Assembly (NCBI RefSeq): GCF_021246445.1
Contig: NZ_JAJQXW010000002.1
Span: 62,001 to 126,000, forward strand
Direction of reading: 5' to 3'
DNA length: 64,000 bases
From: Rhabdothermincola salaria
GTDB lineage: Bacteria; Actinomycetota; Acidimicrobiia; Acidimicrobiales; Acidimicrobilacustridaceae
Shown here: one piece after another, positions 27,229 to 37,508 of the stretch
Position numbering within the stretch: position 1 is the stretch's first letter
Layout of the letters: every line of letters begins with the position of its first letter
The notes under the pieces: model-generated
What the model was told of the DNA's origin: nothing
Databases searched by the model: none
The model's input: only the letters and a program-made list of their open reading frames with translations
Position numbers and translations under genes: made by a program

Positions 27229-29091
27229 TCATCCGGGGTGGCGGAAGGGTGTGCGGCCACTGCGGTGGGCCGCCGGTCCCTCCATCCCCCGGTGCAGGTT
27301 GACGGCCGAGTTGATCAGACCGATGTGCGAGAACGCCTGTGGGAAGTTGCCCAGCTGGCGCCGGCTGTCGGGCTCCCACTCCTCGGCCAGCAGGCCCACG
27401 TCGTTGCGCAACGACAGCAGCCGCTCGAAGAGGCGCTCGGCGTCGTCGGCGCGACCGATGAGGACGAGGTTGTCCACCAGCCAGAACGTGGTGAGGAGGA
27501 AGGCGCCCTCCCCGGGGGGCAGGCCGTCGACCGTTCCGTGGGGGTTGTCATGTCCGTCGAGGTCCTCCTCCTCGACGATGACGTCGGTGTGGTAGCGCAG
27601 GACGAAGCCGTCGACGAGGAGGTCGCGCTCGATGGCCTCGATGGTGGCCACGATGCGGCTGTCGTCGGGTTCGAGGAACCCCACCAGGGCCAACATGAGC
27701 AGCGACGCATCGAGGGCCGAGGAGCCGTAGTACTGGGTGAAGGCCCCCACCTCGTCGTTCCACCCCTCGGTGCACACCTCGGCGTGGATCTCGTCGCGCA
27801 GGGCTCGCCAACGGTCGAGGCCGTCGTGGCGTTCGGCCTCCTCGCAGAGCTTCACCCACCGGTCGATGGCCACCCAGGCCATCACCTTGGAGTGCACGAA
27901 GTGCCGCTGCGGGCCCCGCACCTCCCAGATGCCGTCGTCGGGCCGGCGCCACACCTCGGCCACGTGCTCGACCAGCATGCGCGACAGCGCCCAGGCGTCC
28001 GGGGGCAGCGGTCGGTCGAGGGCGCGCGAGGTCGTGAGGAACATGTCCATGACCTCGCCGTAGACGTCGAGCTGGAACTGGCCGTGGGCCCCGTTGCCGA
28101 TGCGCACGGGCGTCGAGTCCTCATAGCCGGGCAACCAGTCGAGCTCCGATTCGGTCAGGCGGCGCTCCCCGGCCACGCCGTACATGATCTGCATCTTCTC
28201 GGGGCTGCCCGCCACGGCCCGTCGCAGCCACTCGCTCCACTCCAGTGCCTCCTCGTCGTAGCCGCACTCCACGAGGGCATCGAGGGTGAAGGTGGCGTCG
28301 CGCAGCCAGCAGTACCGGTAGTCCCAGTTGCGCACGCTCCCGATCCACTCCGGCAGCGAGGTGGTGGGGGCGGCCACGATGCCGCCCGTGGGCTCGTAGG
28401 TGAGGGCCTTGAGGGTGATGAGCGATCGGCGCACTGCGCCGCTCCACCGCCCGACGTCGAGGCAGGCGCCGGCCCAGTCCCGCCACCACTGCTCGGTCGA
28501 CGCCAGCGCCTCGTCGGGGGCAGGGAAGCCGGGAGGGTCCTCGTGGGAGGGGAACCAGGCCAGGGCGAACGTCTCCTCGTGGCCGGCATCGACGCCGAAC
28601 GTGTTGACGCTGGTCATGTCGTGGCCCCGGGTCGGCACGGATGCGTGGAAGACCACGCCGTCGGCGCCGCCGCGAGCCTCGATGCCCCCGTCGTGGCGCC
28701 GGGCCCAGGGCACCAGCGATCCGTAGTCGAAGCGGATCGCCATGTCGCTCTGGAAGGCGACCTCACCCTCGAGGCCACGGACGATCCGCAGGATCGACGG
28801 GTGCTCGAGGTCGTGGCGGGGCATGAAGTCGATGACCATCGCTCGGCCGGTCGCCGTCGTGAAGGTGGTCTCGAGCACCAGGGTGTCCTCGCGGTAGCAG
28901 CGCGTCACCTCCACCACCTCGTCGGTCGGGGCGATGCGCCAGCGACCGTGCTCGGGTCCGCCCAGGAGGGCCGCGAAGCAGGCCGCCGAGTCGAAGCGAG
29001 GTGCGCACCACCAGTCGATGGAGCCGTCCTTGCCGACCAGGGCGACCGTGCGCGCGTCACCGATCAGTGCGTAGTCCTCGATGGGGGCCAT
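27229..29091 (-). CDS. Glycoside hydrolase family 15 (trehalase/glucoamylase-like)
   Basis: IEDYALIGD, AAPTTSLPE, RNWDYRYCWLRD, QLDVYGE, GNFPQAFSH. Confidence 0.93.
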   Translation of the reverse strand: MAPIEDYALIGDARTVALVGKDGSIDWWCAPRFDSAACFAALLGGPEHGRWRIAPTDEVVEVTRCYREDTLVLETTFTTATGRAMVIDFMPRHDLEHPSILRIVRGLEGEVAFQSDMAIRFDYGSLVPWARRHDGGIEARGGADGVVFHASVPTRGHDMTSVNTFGVDAGHEETFALAWFPSHEDPPGFPAPDEALASTEQWWRDWAGACLDVGRWSGAVRRSLITLKALTYEPTGGIVAAPTTSLPEWIGSVRNWDYRYCWLRDATFTLDALVECGYDEEALEWSEWLRRAVAGSPEKMQIMYGVAGERRLTESELDWLPGYEDSTPVRIGNGAHGQFQLDVYGEVMDMFLTTSRALDRPLPPDAWALSRMLVEHVAEVWRRPDDGIWEVRGPQRHFVHSKVMAWVAIDRWVKLCEEAERHDGLDRWRALRDEIHAEVCTEGWNDEVGAFTQYYGSSALDASLLMLALVGFLEPDDSRIVATIEAIERDLLVDGFVLRYHTDVIVEEEDLDGHDNPHGTVDGLPPGEGAFLLTTFWLVDNLVLIGRADDAERLFERLLSLRNDVGLLAEEWEPDSRRQLGNFPQAFSHIGLINSAVNLHRGMEGPAAHRSGRTPFRHPG

Positions 29092-29215
29092 TCCGAGAGC
29101 CTGGCATCGTCGTCCCGCGCCGACGGAGCCGGGATCGACACCGGAGGGGTCCGCCGGTCCGCTGCGTGCCCAACCGGTACGGTGACTCCGACCGCCCACC
29201 TCGCCTGGAGTGACG

Positions 29216-30625
29216 ATGCCCCTTTCCGTGGATCGGCCGCGATCGGACCTCTTGGTCATGTTCGGTGCCTCCGGTGACCTGGCCAAGAAGAAGCTGTTTC
29301 CTGCCATCTACCGGCTGGAGCGGCGGGGGTTGTTGGGGATCCCGGTCATCGGGGTGGCGCTCGACGACTGGACCGACGACGACCTGCGCAATCACGCTCG
29401 CGCCTCGATCGCCGAGCAAGGCGAGGAGTGGGACGACGACGCCTTCGAGCGCCTGGCGGCGAACCTGCGGTACGTGTCGGGCGACTACACCGACCCGGCC
29501 ACGTTCGAGAAGCTCCGGGCCGCCGCCGGGCCCGCCGAGCACCCCATCTTCCACTTCGCCATCCCCCCGTCGATGTTCGCCACGGTGGCCGACGGCATCG
29601 CCGGGGTCGGCCTGGCCGACGGCGCCCGGCTCGTCATCGAGAAGCCGTTCGGACGGGACCACGACTCCGCCGTCGAGCTCAACGACACGTTGCACCAGCA
29701 CTTCCCCGAGTCGGCCATCTTCCGCATCGACCACTTCGTGGGCAAGGAGGCGCTGCGGAGCCTGCTGGTCACCCGCTTCGCCAACGCGATCGTCGAGCCG
29801 CTCTGGAACCGCAACGTGGTCTCCGCGGTGAAGATCACCATGGCCGAGGCCTTCGGGGTCGAAGACCGTGGCGCCTTCTACGACTCGGTCGGTGCCATGC
29901 GGGACGTGATGCAGAACCACCTGCTGCAGATGGTGGCGCTGCTGGCCATGGAGCAGCCGGTGAAGGAGGACGCCCGCTCCCTGCGCGACGAGAAGGCCAA
30001 GGTGCTCGAAGCCTGCCGGCCCGTCGATCCGACCCACTTCGTGCGAGGCCAGTACGACGGCTACCTCGAGGTCCCCGGTGTCCGTCCCGGCTCGGACACC
30101 GAGACCTACGCCGCCTTCCGCCTCGACATCGACTGCCCCCGCTGGAGCGGCGTGCCCTTCTTCCTGCGGGCGGGCAAGGCGCTCGAGCGCACCGTCACCG
30201 AGATGACCATCGAGTTCAAGGCTCCGCCCCGACCGATGTGGATCCCCGAGCACTCGCACCTGCCCCACAACTCGATCCGCATCGAGGTCAAGCCCGAGAA
30301 CTTCGCCGCTCTCACCTGGCTGCGCAAGGAGCCCGGCGACGAGATGATGCCCACCGCCGTCACGTTGGCGCCGGCCCCCGACGAGCGCGCCGACATCGGC
30401 CCGGAGCCCTACGAGCTCCTCATCGAGGAGGCCATGACCGGCGATCCCACCCTCTTCGCCCGCGAGGACTCGGTGCTCGAGTCGTGGCGCGTCGTCGACC
30501 GGATCCTGGACGAGTACCCCGAGGTCCAGCGCTACAGCCAGGGGTCGTGGGGGCCCCGTCGGGCCGCCGACCTCGTGCGCCACCACGGGGGCTGGCCAGA
30601 GGAGCCCCCCGGGGAGCACCAGTGA
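29216..30625 (+). CDS. zwf: Glucose-6-phosphate 1-dehydrogenase
   Basis: GASGDLAKKK, EKPFG, RIDHFVGKE, RDVMQNH. Confidence 0.93.
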   Translation: MPLSVDRPRSDLLVMFGASGDLAKKKLFPAIYRLERRGLLGIPVIGVALDDWTDDDLRNHARASIAEQGEEWDDDAFERLAANLRYVSGDYTDPATFEKLRAAAGPAEHPIFHFAIPPSMFATVADGIAGVGLADGARLVIEKPFGRDHDSAVELNDTLHQHFPESAIFRIDHFVGKEALRSLLVTRFANAIVEPLWNRNVVSAVKITMAEAFGVEDRGAFYDSVGAMRDVMQNHLLQMVALLAMEQPVKEDARSLRDEKAKVLEACRPVDPTHFVRGQYDGYLEVPGVRPGSDTETYAAFRLDIDCPRWSGVPFFLRAGKALERTVTEMTIEFKAPPRPMWIPEHSHLPHNSIRIEVKPENFAALTWLRKEPGDEMMPTAVTLAPAPDERADIGPEPYELLIEEAMTGDPTLFAREDSVLESWRVVDRILDEYPEVQRYSQGSWGPRRAADLVRHHGGWPEEPPGEHQ

Positions 30626-31206
30626 GCGACGGTTCGGCCGGACCGCCCGACGTCTACCTCGTCCGCCACGGTGCCACCGAGTGGAGTCGCGACGGACGTC
30701 ACACCGGCCGCACCGACATCCCCCTGCTGCCCGAGGGCGAGGAGCAGGCCCGGGCGACCGGCGCCCTGCTCGCCGGTCGCACCTTCTCGACCGTGCTCAC
30801 CAGCCCGCTGCAACGGGCCCGTCGCACCGCCGAGTTGGCCGGCCACGCCGCCGCTGAGGTCGACGACGACCTCGTCGAGTGGGACTACGGCGACTACGAG
30901 GGGGTCACCAGCCGGGAGATCCAGCGCACGGTGCCCGACTGGACGGTCTGGTCGGGTCCCATCCCCGGGGGAGAGACCCTCGCGGAGGTGGCGACCCGCT
31001 GCGATCGGGTGATCGAACGCCTCCGGGCCGTCGACGGCGACAGCCTCGTCGTCGCCCACGGCCACCTCCTGCGCGTGTTCACCGCCCGATGGTGCCGCCT
31101 CGACCCGGTCGAGGGGCGGCGGTTCGTGCTGGGCACCGCCACCCTGTCGCGCCTGGGCTGGGAGCACGACATGCCCTGCGTCCACCTCTGGAACGCCAGG
31201 GGCTGA
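30622..31206 (+). CDS. Histidine phosphatase (phosphoglycerate mutase-like)
   Basis: LVRHGATEWS, SPLQRA, VAHGH; GTGA overlap with zwf. Confidence 0.9.
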   Translation: MSDGSAGPPDVYLVRHGATEWSRDGRHTGRTDIPLLPEGEEQARATGALLAGRTFSTVLTSPLQRARRTAELAGHAAAEVDDDLVEWDYGDYEGVTSREIQRTVPDWTVWSGPIPGGETLAEVATRCDRVIERLRAVDGDSLVVAHGHLLRVFTARWCRLDPVEGRRFVLGTATLSRLGWEHDMPCVHLWNARG

Positions 31207-31230
31207 GGGCGGCTCGACCGGGTGGCGACC

Positions 31231-32109
31231 TCAGTCGCCGCCTCGCAGCGAGCGCACCAGGCCGACGACCTCGTCGCGGAGGCGATCGACGAGGTCGTCG
31301 ACGTAGGTGACCGGGTCCGGGCCCTCCTCGTCGAGGAGAGGCGTGAGGTCGGCGGCGAGGACCACCTCGCCGGCCGCGTCGGCCCGGTGGGGATCGTCGA
31401 ACGTGGCGTTGGCCCGCCGTCGGGCGGCGGCGGCGACGTCGTAGGGCTTGACCGCCACCTGGCTGGCGTGAGCGGCCAGGAGGCGGGCCCCGAGCTCGCC
31501 GTGGCCGGAGGCGTCGAGGCGGACCTTGGCCGCATCAGGTAACCAGTCGTGCCCCCGCCAGACCTCCACCCCCAACAGCTCCGCGGGGCGCTCGTCGTGG
31601 CCCAGTCGCCGGCAGGCGTCGATCACGGCGAGGGCGACAGCCACGTGGGTGGGGTGGCGATCGAGGAGCGAGTGGGTGAGGACCCGGGTCGGTCGAGCGG
31701 CGCGGAGGAGCTCGGCGACCTCGCCCACCACGGCGAGGCGGCTTCGTGGGTCGAGGATCTCGGCACTGGGCCGGCCGAGCTGGAGCTGCAGCCCGTAGCG
31801 GCCGATGCGGGCGGCGTTGCGCTGCTCCTGGCGACGACGCGCCGGCAGCCCGTCGCGATCGGCCGCGTCGGTGGCCTGCGGACCGGGGGCACCCGCACCG
31901 TCGGCGACGGTCAGGCCCGTGAACCAGCGGAGGGGATCGTCGCGGCACGCACCGATGTCGGCCAGGCCGAGCAGCTCGACGTCGTCGGGGTGGGCCCCGA
32001 CGGCCACCACCGTGGTGCGCGCCAGCGCGTCGTCGACGCCGGCGCCGTCGGGCACGAGCACGTCGACCGTGCGACCGGGCTCGACGAGGAAGGCGGGCAG
32101 GCGACTCAC
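31231..32109 (-). CDS. PIG-L/LmbE family deacetylase
   Basis: AHPDDVE, RRQEQRNAA, DRHPTH, HASQ. Confidence 0.85.
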   Translation of the reverse strand: MSRLPAFLVEPGRTVDVLVPDGAGVDDALARTTVVAVGAHPDDVELLGLADIGACRDDPLRWFTGLTVADGAGAPGPQATDAADRDGLPARRRQEQRNAARIGRYGLQLQLGRPSAEILDPRSRLAVVGEVAELLRAARPTRVLTHSLLDRHPTHVAVALAVIDACRRLGHDERPAELLGVEVWRGHDWLPDAAKVRLDASGHGELGARLLAAHASQVAVKPYDVAAAARRRANATFDDPHRADAAGEVVLAADLTPLLDEEGPDPVTYVDDLVDRLRDEVVGLVRSLRGGD

Positions 32110-32127
32110 CCGCCCAGTGTGGTGGCC

Positions 32128-33942
32128 TCAGGCGTAGAGCGCCTCGATCCGATCGGCGTAGCGGGCGTGCACCCCGCGCCGCTTGAGCTTGGAGGTGGGG
32201 GTGAGCACGTCGGTGTCCGGCAGCCACTCCTCGCCGAGGATGGCCACCTTCTTGACGGCCTCGGCGTTGTTGAACTCGGCCATCACCTCCCGCACGCCCT
32301 GGTCGACCGCGGCGACCACCTCGGGGTGGGCGGCCAGGTCGTCGAGGTCGTCGAACTCGATGCCCTGCCCCTTGGCCCACACGGGCGCCACCTCGGGATC
32401 GAGGGTGACGAGGGCGGACACGAAGGGACGCTTGTCGCCGATGGCGCAGGCCTGCCCGATGAGCGGCACGAGCTTGAGGGAGGCCTCGAGATTGGCCGGG
32501 CTCACGTTCTTGCCACCGGCGGTGATGATGAGCTCCTTCTTGCGGTCGACGATGCGCAGGTAGCCGTGCTCGTCGATCACGCCGATGTCGCCGGAGTGGA
32601 GCCAGCCGTCGTCGTCGAGCGCCTCGGCCGTCTTCTCCGGCGCGTCGAGGTACCCGCCGAAGACGTTGCCGCCCCGGAAGACCACCTCGCCGTCGTCGGC
32701 CAGGGCCACCTCGGTCCCGGGGATCGCCGGTCCGACCGTGCCCGCCTTGACCCGCGTGGGGGTCCAGGTCATCGGACCGGTGGACTCCGACATGCCGTAG
32801 ATCTCCGACATGGGCACACCGATGGCGCGGAACCAGGTGAGCACCTCGGCAGGGATCGGCGCCGCTCCGCTCACGGCCCCCAGGACCTGGTCGAGCCCGA
32901 CCAGCTCACGGACGGGTCGGAAGGCGACCTCGTCGAGGAAGGCCCACGTCGCCAGCTGCTCCTCGGTGGCCTCCCCCCAGTCGATGGCCCGGGCGATGGG
33001 CGTGGCCGCGGCGATCGCGTCGTCGAACTGCTGCTTCTTCTCCGGGTCGAGGCCGAGGGCGGCGTTCACGCCGGCGTGGATCTTCTCGAAGACCCGCGGC
33101 ACACCGAACAGGAAGTGGGGACGCACCTCCTTGAGGTAGGTCGACAACAGGGAGGGGTCGGGGCAGGTGGTGACCTCGTAGCCGAGCATGAGCCCGGCGT
33201 AGTGGGAGGTGACCCGCTCGGCGATGTGGGCCATGGGCAGGTACGACACGACCCGCTTGCCGACGTGGTCGTCCCACGGCAGGAGCGGCTTGAGGCTCTC
33301 GAGGGTCCACACCGCGTTGCGATGGGTGATGGTGACGCCCTTGGGCGGCCCGGTGGTGCCCGAGGTGTAGATGATGGTGGCCAGGCTGGCAGGGTCGACC
33401 TCGGCGGAGGCGGGCTCGAGGTCGAGCGGCTCGCTCTGCAGGAGGTCGGCCAGCGCGACACCGTCGTCGGGCAGCTCGCCGTCGGGCTGGGCCACCACGA
33501 GGTGGCGGAGGCGGGGCAGCTCGTCGCGCACCGCCAGGAAGCGGTCGAGGAAACCGCGGTCCTCCACCACGGCCACGACCGCCTCGCAGTGGCCGGCGAG
33601 GTAGGCGATCTGCTCCGGCGACGACGAGTTGTAGATCGACACGGGGGTGGCGCCGAGCGAGGCGACGGCCAGGTCGACGACGTGGAACTCGGGGACGTTG
33701 CGCAACATGAGCACCACCCGATCGCCCGACCGCACGCCGAGGTCGCGCAGGCCGGTGGCCAACCGGGCCACGCGGTCGCGGTACTCGGCGTAGGTCCAGT
33801 GGTGCCAGGTCTCGTCGTCGCCGCGCCAGCGGAGGGCCACCTGGTCGGGGATGCGGGCGCTGAGCGCGGCGAACTCCCCGGGGATGGTGCGGCCGTCGGC
33901 CAGCGCGTCCAGGTCGGATTCGGTCACCTCGGTGACGGCCAT
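32128..33942 (-). CDS. Long-chain fatty acid-CoA ligase (FadD11/15-like)
   Basis: YTSGTTGPPKG, YLPMAHIAER, DRKKELIITAGGKN, LTPTSKLKR. Confidence 0.92.
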   Translation of the reverse strand: MAVTEVTESDLDALADGRTIPGEFAALSARIPDQVALRWRGDDETWHHWTYAEYRDRVARLATGLRDLGVRSGDRVVLMLRNVPEFHVVDLAVASLGATPVSIYNSSSPEQIAYLAGHCEAVVAVVEDRGFLDRFLAVRDELPRLRHLVVAQPDGELPDDGVALADLLQSEPLDLEPASAEVDPASLATIIYTSGTTGPPKGVTITHRNAVWTLESLKPLLPWDDHVGKRVVSYLPMAHIAERVTSHYAGLMLGYEVTTCPDPSLLSTYLKEVRPHFLFGVPRVFEKIHAGVNAALGLDPEKKQQFDDAIAAATPIARAIDWGEATEEQLATWAFLDEVAFRPVRELVGLDQVLGAVSGAAPIPAEVLTWFRAIGVPMSEIYGMSESTGPMTWTPTRVKAGTVGPAIPGTEVALADDGEVVFRGGNVFGGYLDAPEKTAEALDDDGWLHSGDIGVIDEHGYLRIVDRKKELIITAGGKNVSPANLEASLKLVPLIGQACAIGDKRPFVSALVTLDPEVAPVWAKGQGIEFDDLDDLAAHPEVVAAVDQGVREVMAEFNNAEAVKKVAILGEEWLPDTDVLTPTSKLKRRGVHARYADRIEALYA

Positions 33943-34123
33943 GGGGTCTCCTCGGGTCGACGGGCTGTGTCGCGGGTCACAGTAGGGGCCCATTGTGGCC
34001 CAGTGTCGGCCGGCCTGTCCCGTCGTGGGTGACGATTCCGTCAGCGAGCGCGCGGCACCGCGGCGGGCCGGGCCGCTCGGTTGTGGGGACCGACGACGAG
34101 GCGGCACACTTGGCCCCGCAGAG

Positions 34124-34143
34124 TCTTGACCGAACGGTCAAGA
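34124..34143. promoter_or_regulatory. Palindromic operator (TetR-family-like) upstream of the thiolase
   Basis: TCTTGACCG-AA-CGGTCAAGA, perfect 9-bp arms. Confidence 0.65.
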
Positions 34144-34176
34144 ACGCTCCCGCTCCTCGGCCCGAAGGGACCCACC

Positions 34177-35370
34177 ATGACCACCGCGGTGATCGTCGAT
34201 GCCATCCGCACCCCCGGCGGCAAGCGCAACGGCTCCCTGTCGGGCTGGCATCCCGCCGACCTGGCCGCGGAGACGCTCCGGGCCCTCGTGGACCGCAACG
34301 ACCTCGACCCGGCGCTGGTCGAGGACGTGATCATGGGCTGCGTGATGCAGGCCGGCGCCCAGGCCCTCAACATCGGACGCAACGCCGTGCTGGCCGCCGG
34401 CTTCCCCGAGTCGGTGCCGGCCACCAGCATCGACCGCCAGTGCGGCTCCTCGCAGCAGGCGGCCCACTTCGCGGCCCAAGCCGTGATGGCCGGGGTGCAC
34501 GACGTCGTGATCGCGGCCGGGGTCGAGGTCATGAGCCTGGTGCCGATGGGGGCCTCGGTCTCCAAGAACGTGGGCTTCCCGTTCGGACCCCGCATGGAGG
34601 CCCGCTACGCCGAAGCCGGCGGCCTCGTGCCCCAGGGCATCTCGGCGGAGATCATCGCCGACCGCTGGGACCTGTCCCGCGAGGACCTCGACGCCTACGG
34701 CGCCCGGTCCCAGCAGCGGGCGGCAACGGCTCGCGACGAGGGTCGCTTCGAACGCGAGATCCTCGCGGTCGCGGCCAAGCCCCGCGACAAGGAGACGGGC
34801 GAGCTGATCCGGTCCGACGCCACGCTGACCGCCGACGAGGGCATCCGCGACACCACGACCGCCGACACCCTCGCCAACCTCAAGCCCGCCTTCAAGCCCG
34901 ACGGCAAGATCACCGCCGGCAACTCCAGCCAGATCACCGACGGGGCCTCGGCGCTACTCGTGATGAGCGAGGAGAAGGCCGCGCAGCTCGGCCTCACCCC
35001 CCGTGCCCGGTTCCACAGCTTCGCCCTGGCCGGTGTCGACCCGGTGACCATGCTCACCGGGCCCATCCCCGCCACCCAGAAGATCCTCGACAAGTCCGGG
35101 CTCTCCATGGACGACATCGACCTGGTGGAGATCAACGAGGCCTTCGCCTCGGTCGTGTTGGCGTGGGAGAAGGAGCTCCACCCCGACATGGACAAGGTGA
35201 ACGTCAACGGAGGGGCCATCGCCCTCGGCCACCCCCTGGGGGCCTCGGGCACCAAGCTCATGGCCACCCTGCTCAACGAGCTCGAGCGCACCGGCGGCCG
35301 CTACGGCCTGCAGACCATGTGCGAGGGCGGCGGCCTGGCCAACGCCACCATCATCGAACGCCTGGGCTGA
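34177..35370 (+). CDS. fadA: Acetyl-CoA acyltransferase (thiolase)
   Basis: DRQCGSSQQA, NEAFA, GHPLGASG, MCEGGG. Confidence 0.92.
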   Translation: MTTAVIVDAIRTPGGKRNGSLSGWHPADLAAETLRALVDRNDLDPALVEDVIMGCVMQAGAQALNIGRNAVLAAGFPESVPATSIDRQCGSSQQAAHFAAQAVMAGVHDVVIAAGVEVMSLVPMGASVSKNVGFPFGPRMEARYAEAGGLVPQGISAEIIADRWDLSREDLDAYGARSQQRAATARDEGRFEREILAVAAKPRDKETGELIRSDATLTADEGIRDTTTADTLANLKPAFKPDGKITAGNSSQITDGASALLVMSEEKAAQLGLTPRARFHSFALAGVDPVTMLTGPIPATQKILDKSGLSMDDIDLVEINEAFASVVLAWEKELHPDMDKVNVNGGAIALGHPLGASGTKLMATLLNELERTGGRYGLQTMCEGGGLANATIIERLG

Positions 35371-35456
35371 CTCGCCCCTCCGCTGACTCCGGCGACCGTG
35401 CCGCGGTCGGTGCCAATGATTGCAATGATGGGGACCGCCACACCATGGGGGTCCAC

Positions 35457-37469
35457 ATGCCGAATGACGAGCGCAACACCGCACCAGCCGCCTTCCCGCG
35501 GCTCTTCAGCCCCCTGCGCATCGGCCCCCTGACCGTCCGCAACCGCATCGTCAACACCACCCACGGCACCGGGCTGGGTGCCGACCGCGACGTGCGCTAC
35601 CTGCAGGAGCGGGCCCGGGGCGGGGCGGGCCTGCTCGGTGTGCACGGTGGGGGCGGCGTCTACGGCTACGCCCTCGGCCCGGGGCCGGAGGCACCCGCAC
35701 CGGACTGGGACCACAAGGCCCTCTCGCCCGTGAGCGCTGCGGGCATCGCCTTCTACGACGAGACCACGATCCCCGCCCTGCGCCGTCGGGCCGAGGTGAT
35801 CCACGCCGAGGGGGCGCTCGGGTACGGGCAGGTCTACCACTCGGGCGCGGCTCGCCACGGGGCCATCCCCGGACCGCTCATGGCGCCCTCCGCCGTCGCC
35901 GACCCCTACGAGGCTCTGGTCCCGCACCCTCTCGACGAGCACGAGATCGCCGAGCTGGTGGTCGGGTTCGCCCACTCCATTCGACGCATCGCCGAGGCCG
36001 GTCTCGACGCCGCCGAGATCCACGGCGCCCACGGCTACCTGGTCAACCAGTTCCTCTCCCCCTGGGCCAACCGCCGCACCGACGGATGGGGCGGGGATCG
36101 GGAGCGCCGGCTCCGGTTCGTGCGGGAGGTCCTCGCCGCGGCTCGTGCGATGGTCGGGCCCGACTTCCCGATCGGCATCCGCATCGGCGCCGACGGCGAC
36201 GGCGAGTCGCGGGGGATCACCATCGAGGAGCTGGCCGGCATCGCCGGCGACCTGGGCGACGAGGTGGCGTGGGTCAGCGTGAGCGGCGGCAACTACGCCG
36301 GGTTCGGCGACGGCCCCGAGGTCGCCTACGTGAGCCCCTGGTACCGCGAGCCCGGCTTCAACGTGGCCGCGGCCGCCGCGGTGCGCGCCGCCACCGACGT
36401 GCCCGTCCTCGTCACCGGGCGCATCGCGGACCTGGCCATCGCCGAGAGCGTGCTGGCCGAGGGCCACGCCGACCTGGTCGGCATGGTCCGGGCCCTCATC
36501 GCCGATCCCGACCTGCCCAACAAGGCCCGGGCGGGACGGGCCCACGAGGTGCGCATGTGCCTCGGGATGTCCGAGTGCCACGCCATCGGCTCGCACCGGG
36601 TCCCCGTCACCTGCGCGGTCAACGCGGCGGCCGCCCGTGAGGACGAGATGGAGCTGGTGCCCACCGAGACCGCCCGCAAGGTCGTGGTCGTCGGCGCCGG
36701 GCCGGCCGGCATGGAGGCGGCGCGGGTGGCCGCGGAGCGGGGCCACGAGGTGTGGCTGGCCGACGCCTCCCGCCAGCTGGGCGGCACCCCGGCGGTGCTG
36801 GCCCTCGACCCGAACCGACGCAACCTGCGAGACCACGCCGCCTGGTTCGAGGGGGAGCTGCGACGCCTGGGCGTGCAGCTCGTGCTGGGCAACGCGGTCA
36901 CCGCCGACGAGCTGGTCGACTTCGGGGCCGACGTGGTGGTGGTGGCGACCGGCGCCCGACCCCTCGTCCCCGACGTGCCCGGCATCGCCGACCCAAGGGT
37001 CGTCACCGCCCTCGACGTGCTCGGCGGGACCCCGGTCGGCTCGACCGCGCTGGTCGTGGGCGAGTTCGAGAAGCACCTCGGGCCCCCCACGGTCGCCGAG
37101 TTCCTCGCCGACCGGGGCGCACAGGTCGAGCTCGTCTCCCAGCAGTTCGACTTCGCGTCCGGCGCCGAGGACGGGACCCGCCTGCCCCTGCGCCAGCGCC
37201 TGGCCGGCAAGGGCGTGACCGTGTCGCTGCTGCACCGCCTCGTCGAGGTCGACGAGGCCGGCGCCGTCGTCGAGGACACCCTGACCCGCGAGCGACGCCA
37301 CCTGGCCGACGCCACCGTGGTGCTGGCCTGCGGGTCGCTCCCCGACGACCGGCTCGCCCGGGAGCTCCGGGGTCGGGTCCCCGAGGTCCACGTGGTGGGC
37401 GATGCCCTCGCGCCCCGACGGATGATGCACGCCACCCTCGAGGGCGCCCGGGTCGCCCTGGCCCTCTGA
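35457..37469 (+). CDS. NADH:flavin oxidoreductase (OYE TIM barrel plus FAD/NAD-binding domains)
   Basis: EIHGAHGYLVNQFLSP-NRRTD, GAGPAGMEAA, VGDALAPR. Confidence 0.9.
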   Translation: MPNDERNTAPAAFPRLFSPLRIGPLTVRNRIVNTTHGTGLGADRDVRYLQERARGGAGLLGVHGGGGVYGYALGPGPEAPAPDWDHKALSPVSAAGIAFYDETTIPALRRRAEVIHAEGALGYGQVYHSGAARHGAIPGPLMAPSAVADPYEALVPHPLDEHEIAELVVGFAHSIRRIAEAGLDAAEIHGAHGYLVNQFLSPWANRRTDGWGGDRERRLRFVREVLAAARAMVGPDFPIGIRIGADGDGESRGITIEELAGIAGDLGDEVAWVSVSGGNYAGFGDGPEVAYVSPWYREPGFNVAAAAAVRAATDVPVLVTGRIADLAIAESVLAEGHADLVGMVRALIADPDLPNKARAGRAHEVRMCLGMSECHAIGSHRVPVTCAVNAAAAREDEMELVPTETARKVVVVGAGPAGMEAARVAAERGHEVWLADASRQLGGTPAVLALDPNRRNLRDHAAWFEGELRRLGVQLVLGNAVTADELVDFGADVVVVATGARPLVPDVPGIADPRVVTALDVLGGTPVGSTALVVGEFEKHLGPPTVAEFLADRGAQVELVSQQFDFASGAEDGTRLPLRQRLAGKGVTVSLLHRLVEVDEAGAVVEDTLTRERRHLADATVVLACGSLPDDRLARELRGRVPEVHVVGDALAPRRMMHATLEGARVALAL

Positions 37470-37508
37470 GGGCGGCGGCGTCCCTCCGGCCCCCTAGCCT
37501 GGACCGCG

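Noticed and set aside
33993..37469. 1158-aa thiolase-OYE fusion
   Set aside because: The thiolase is in another frame with its own stop at 35370; the OYE begins near 35457.
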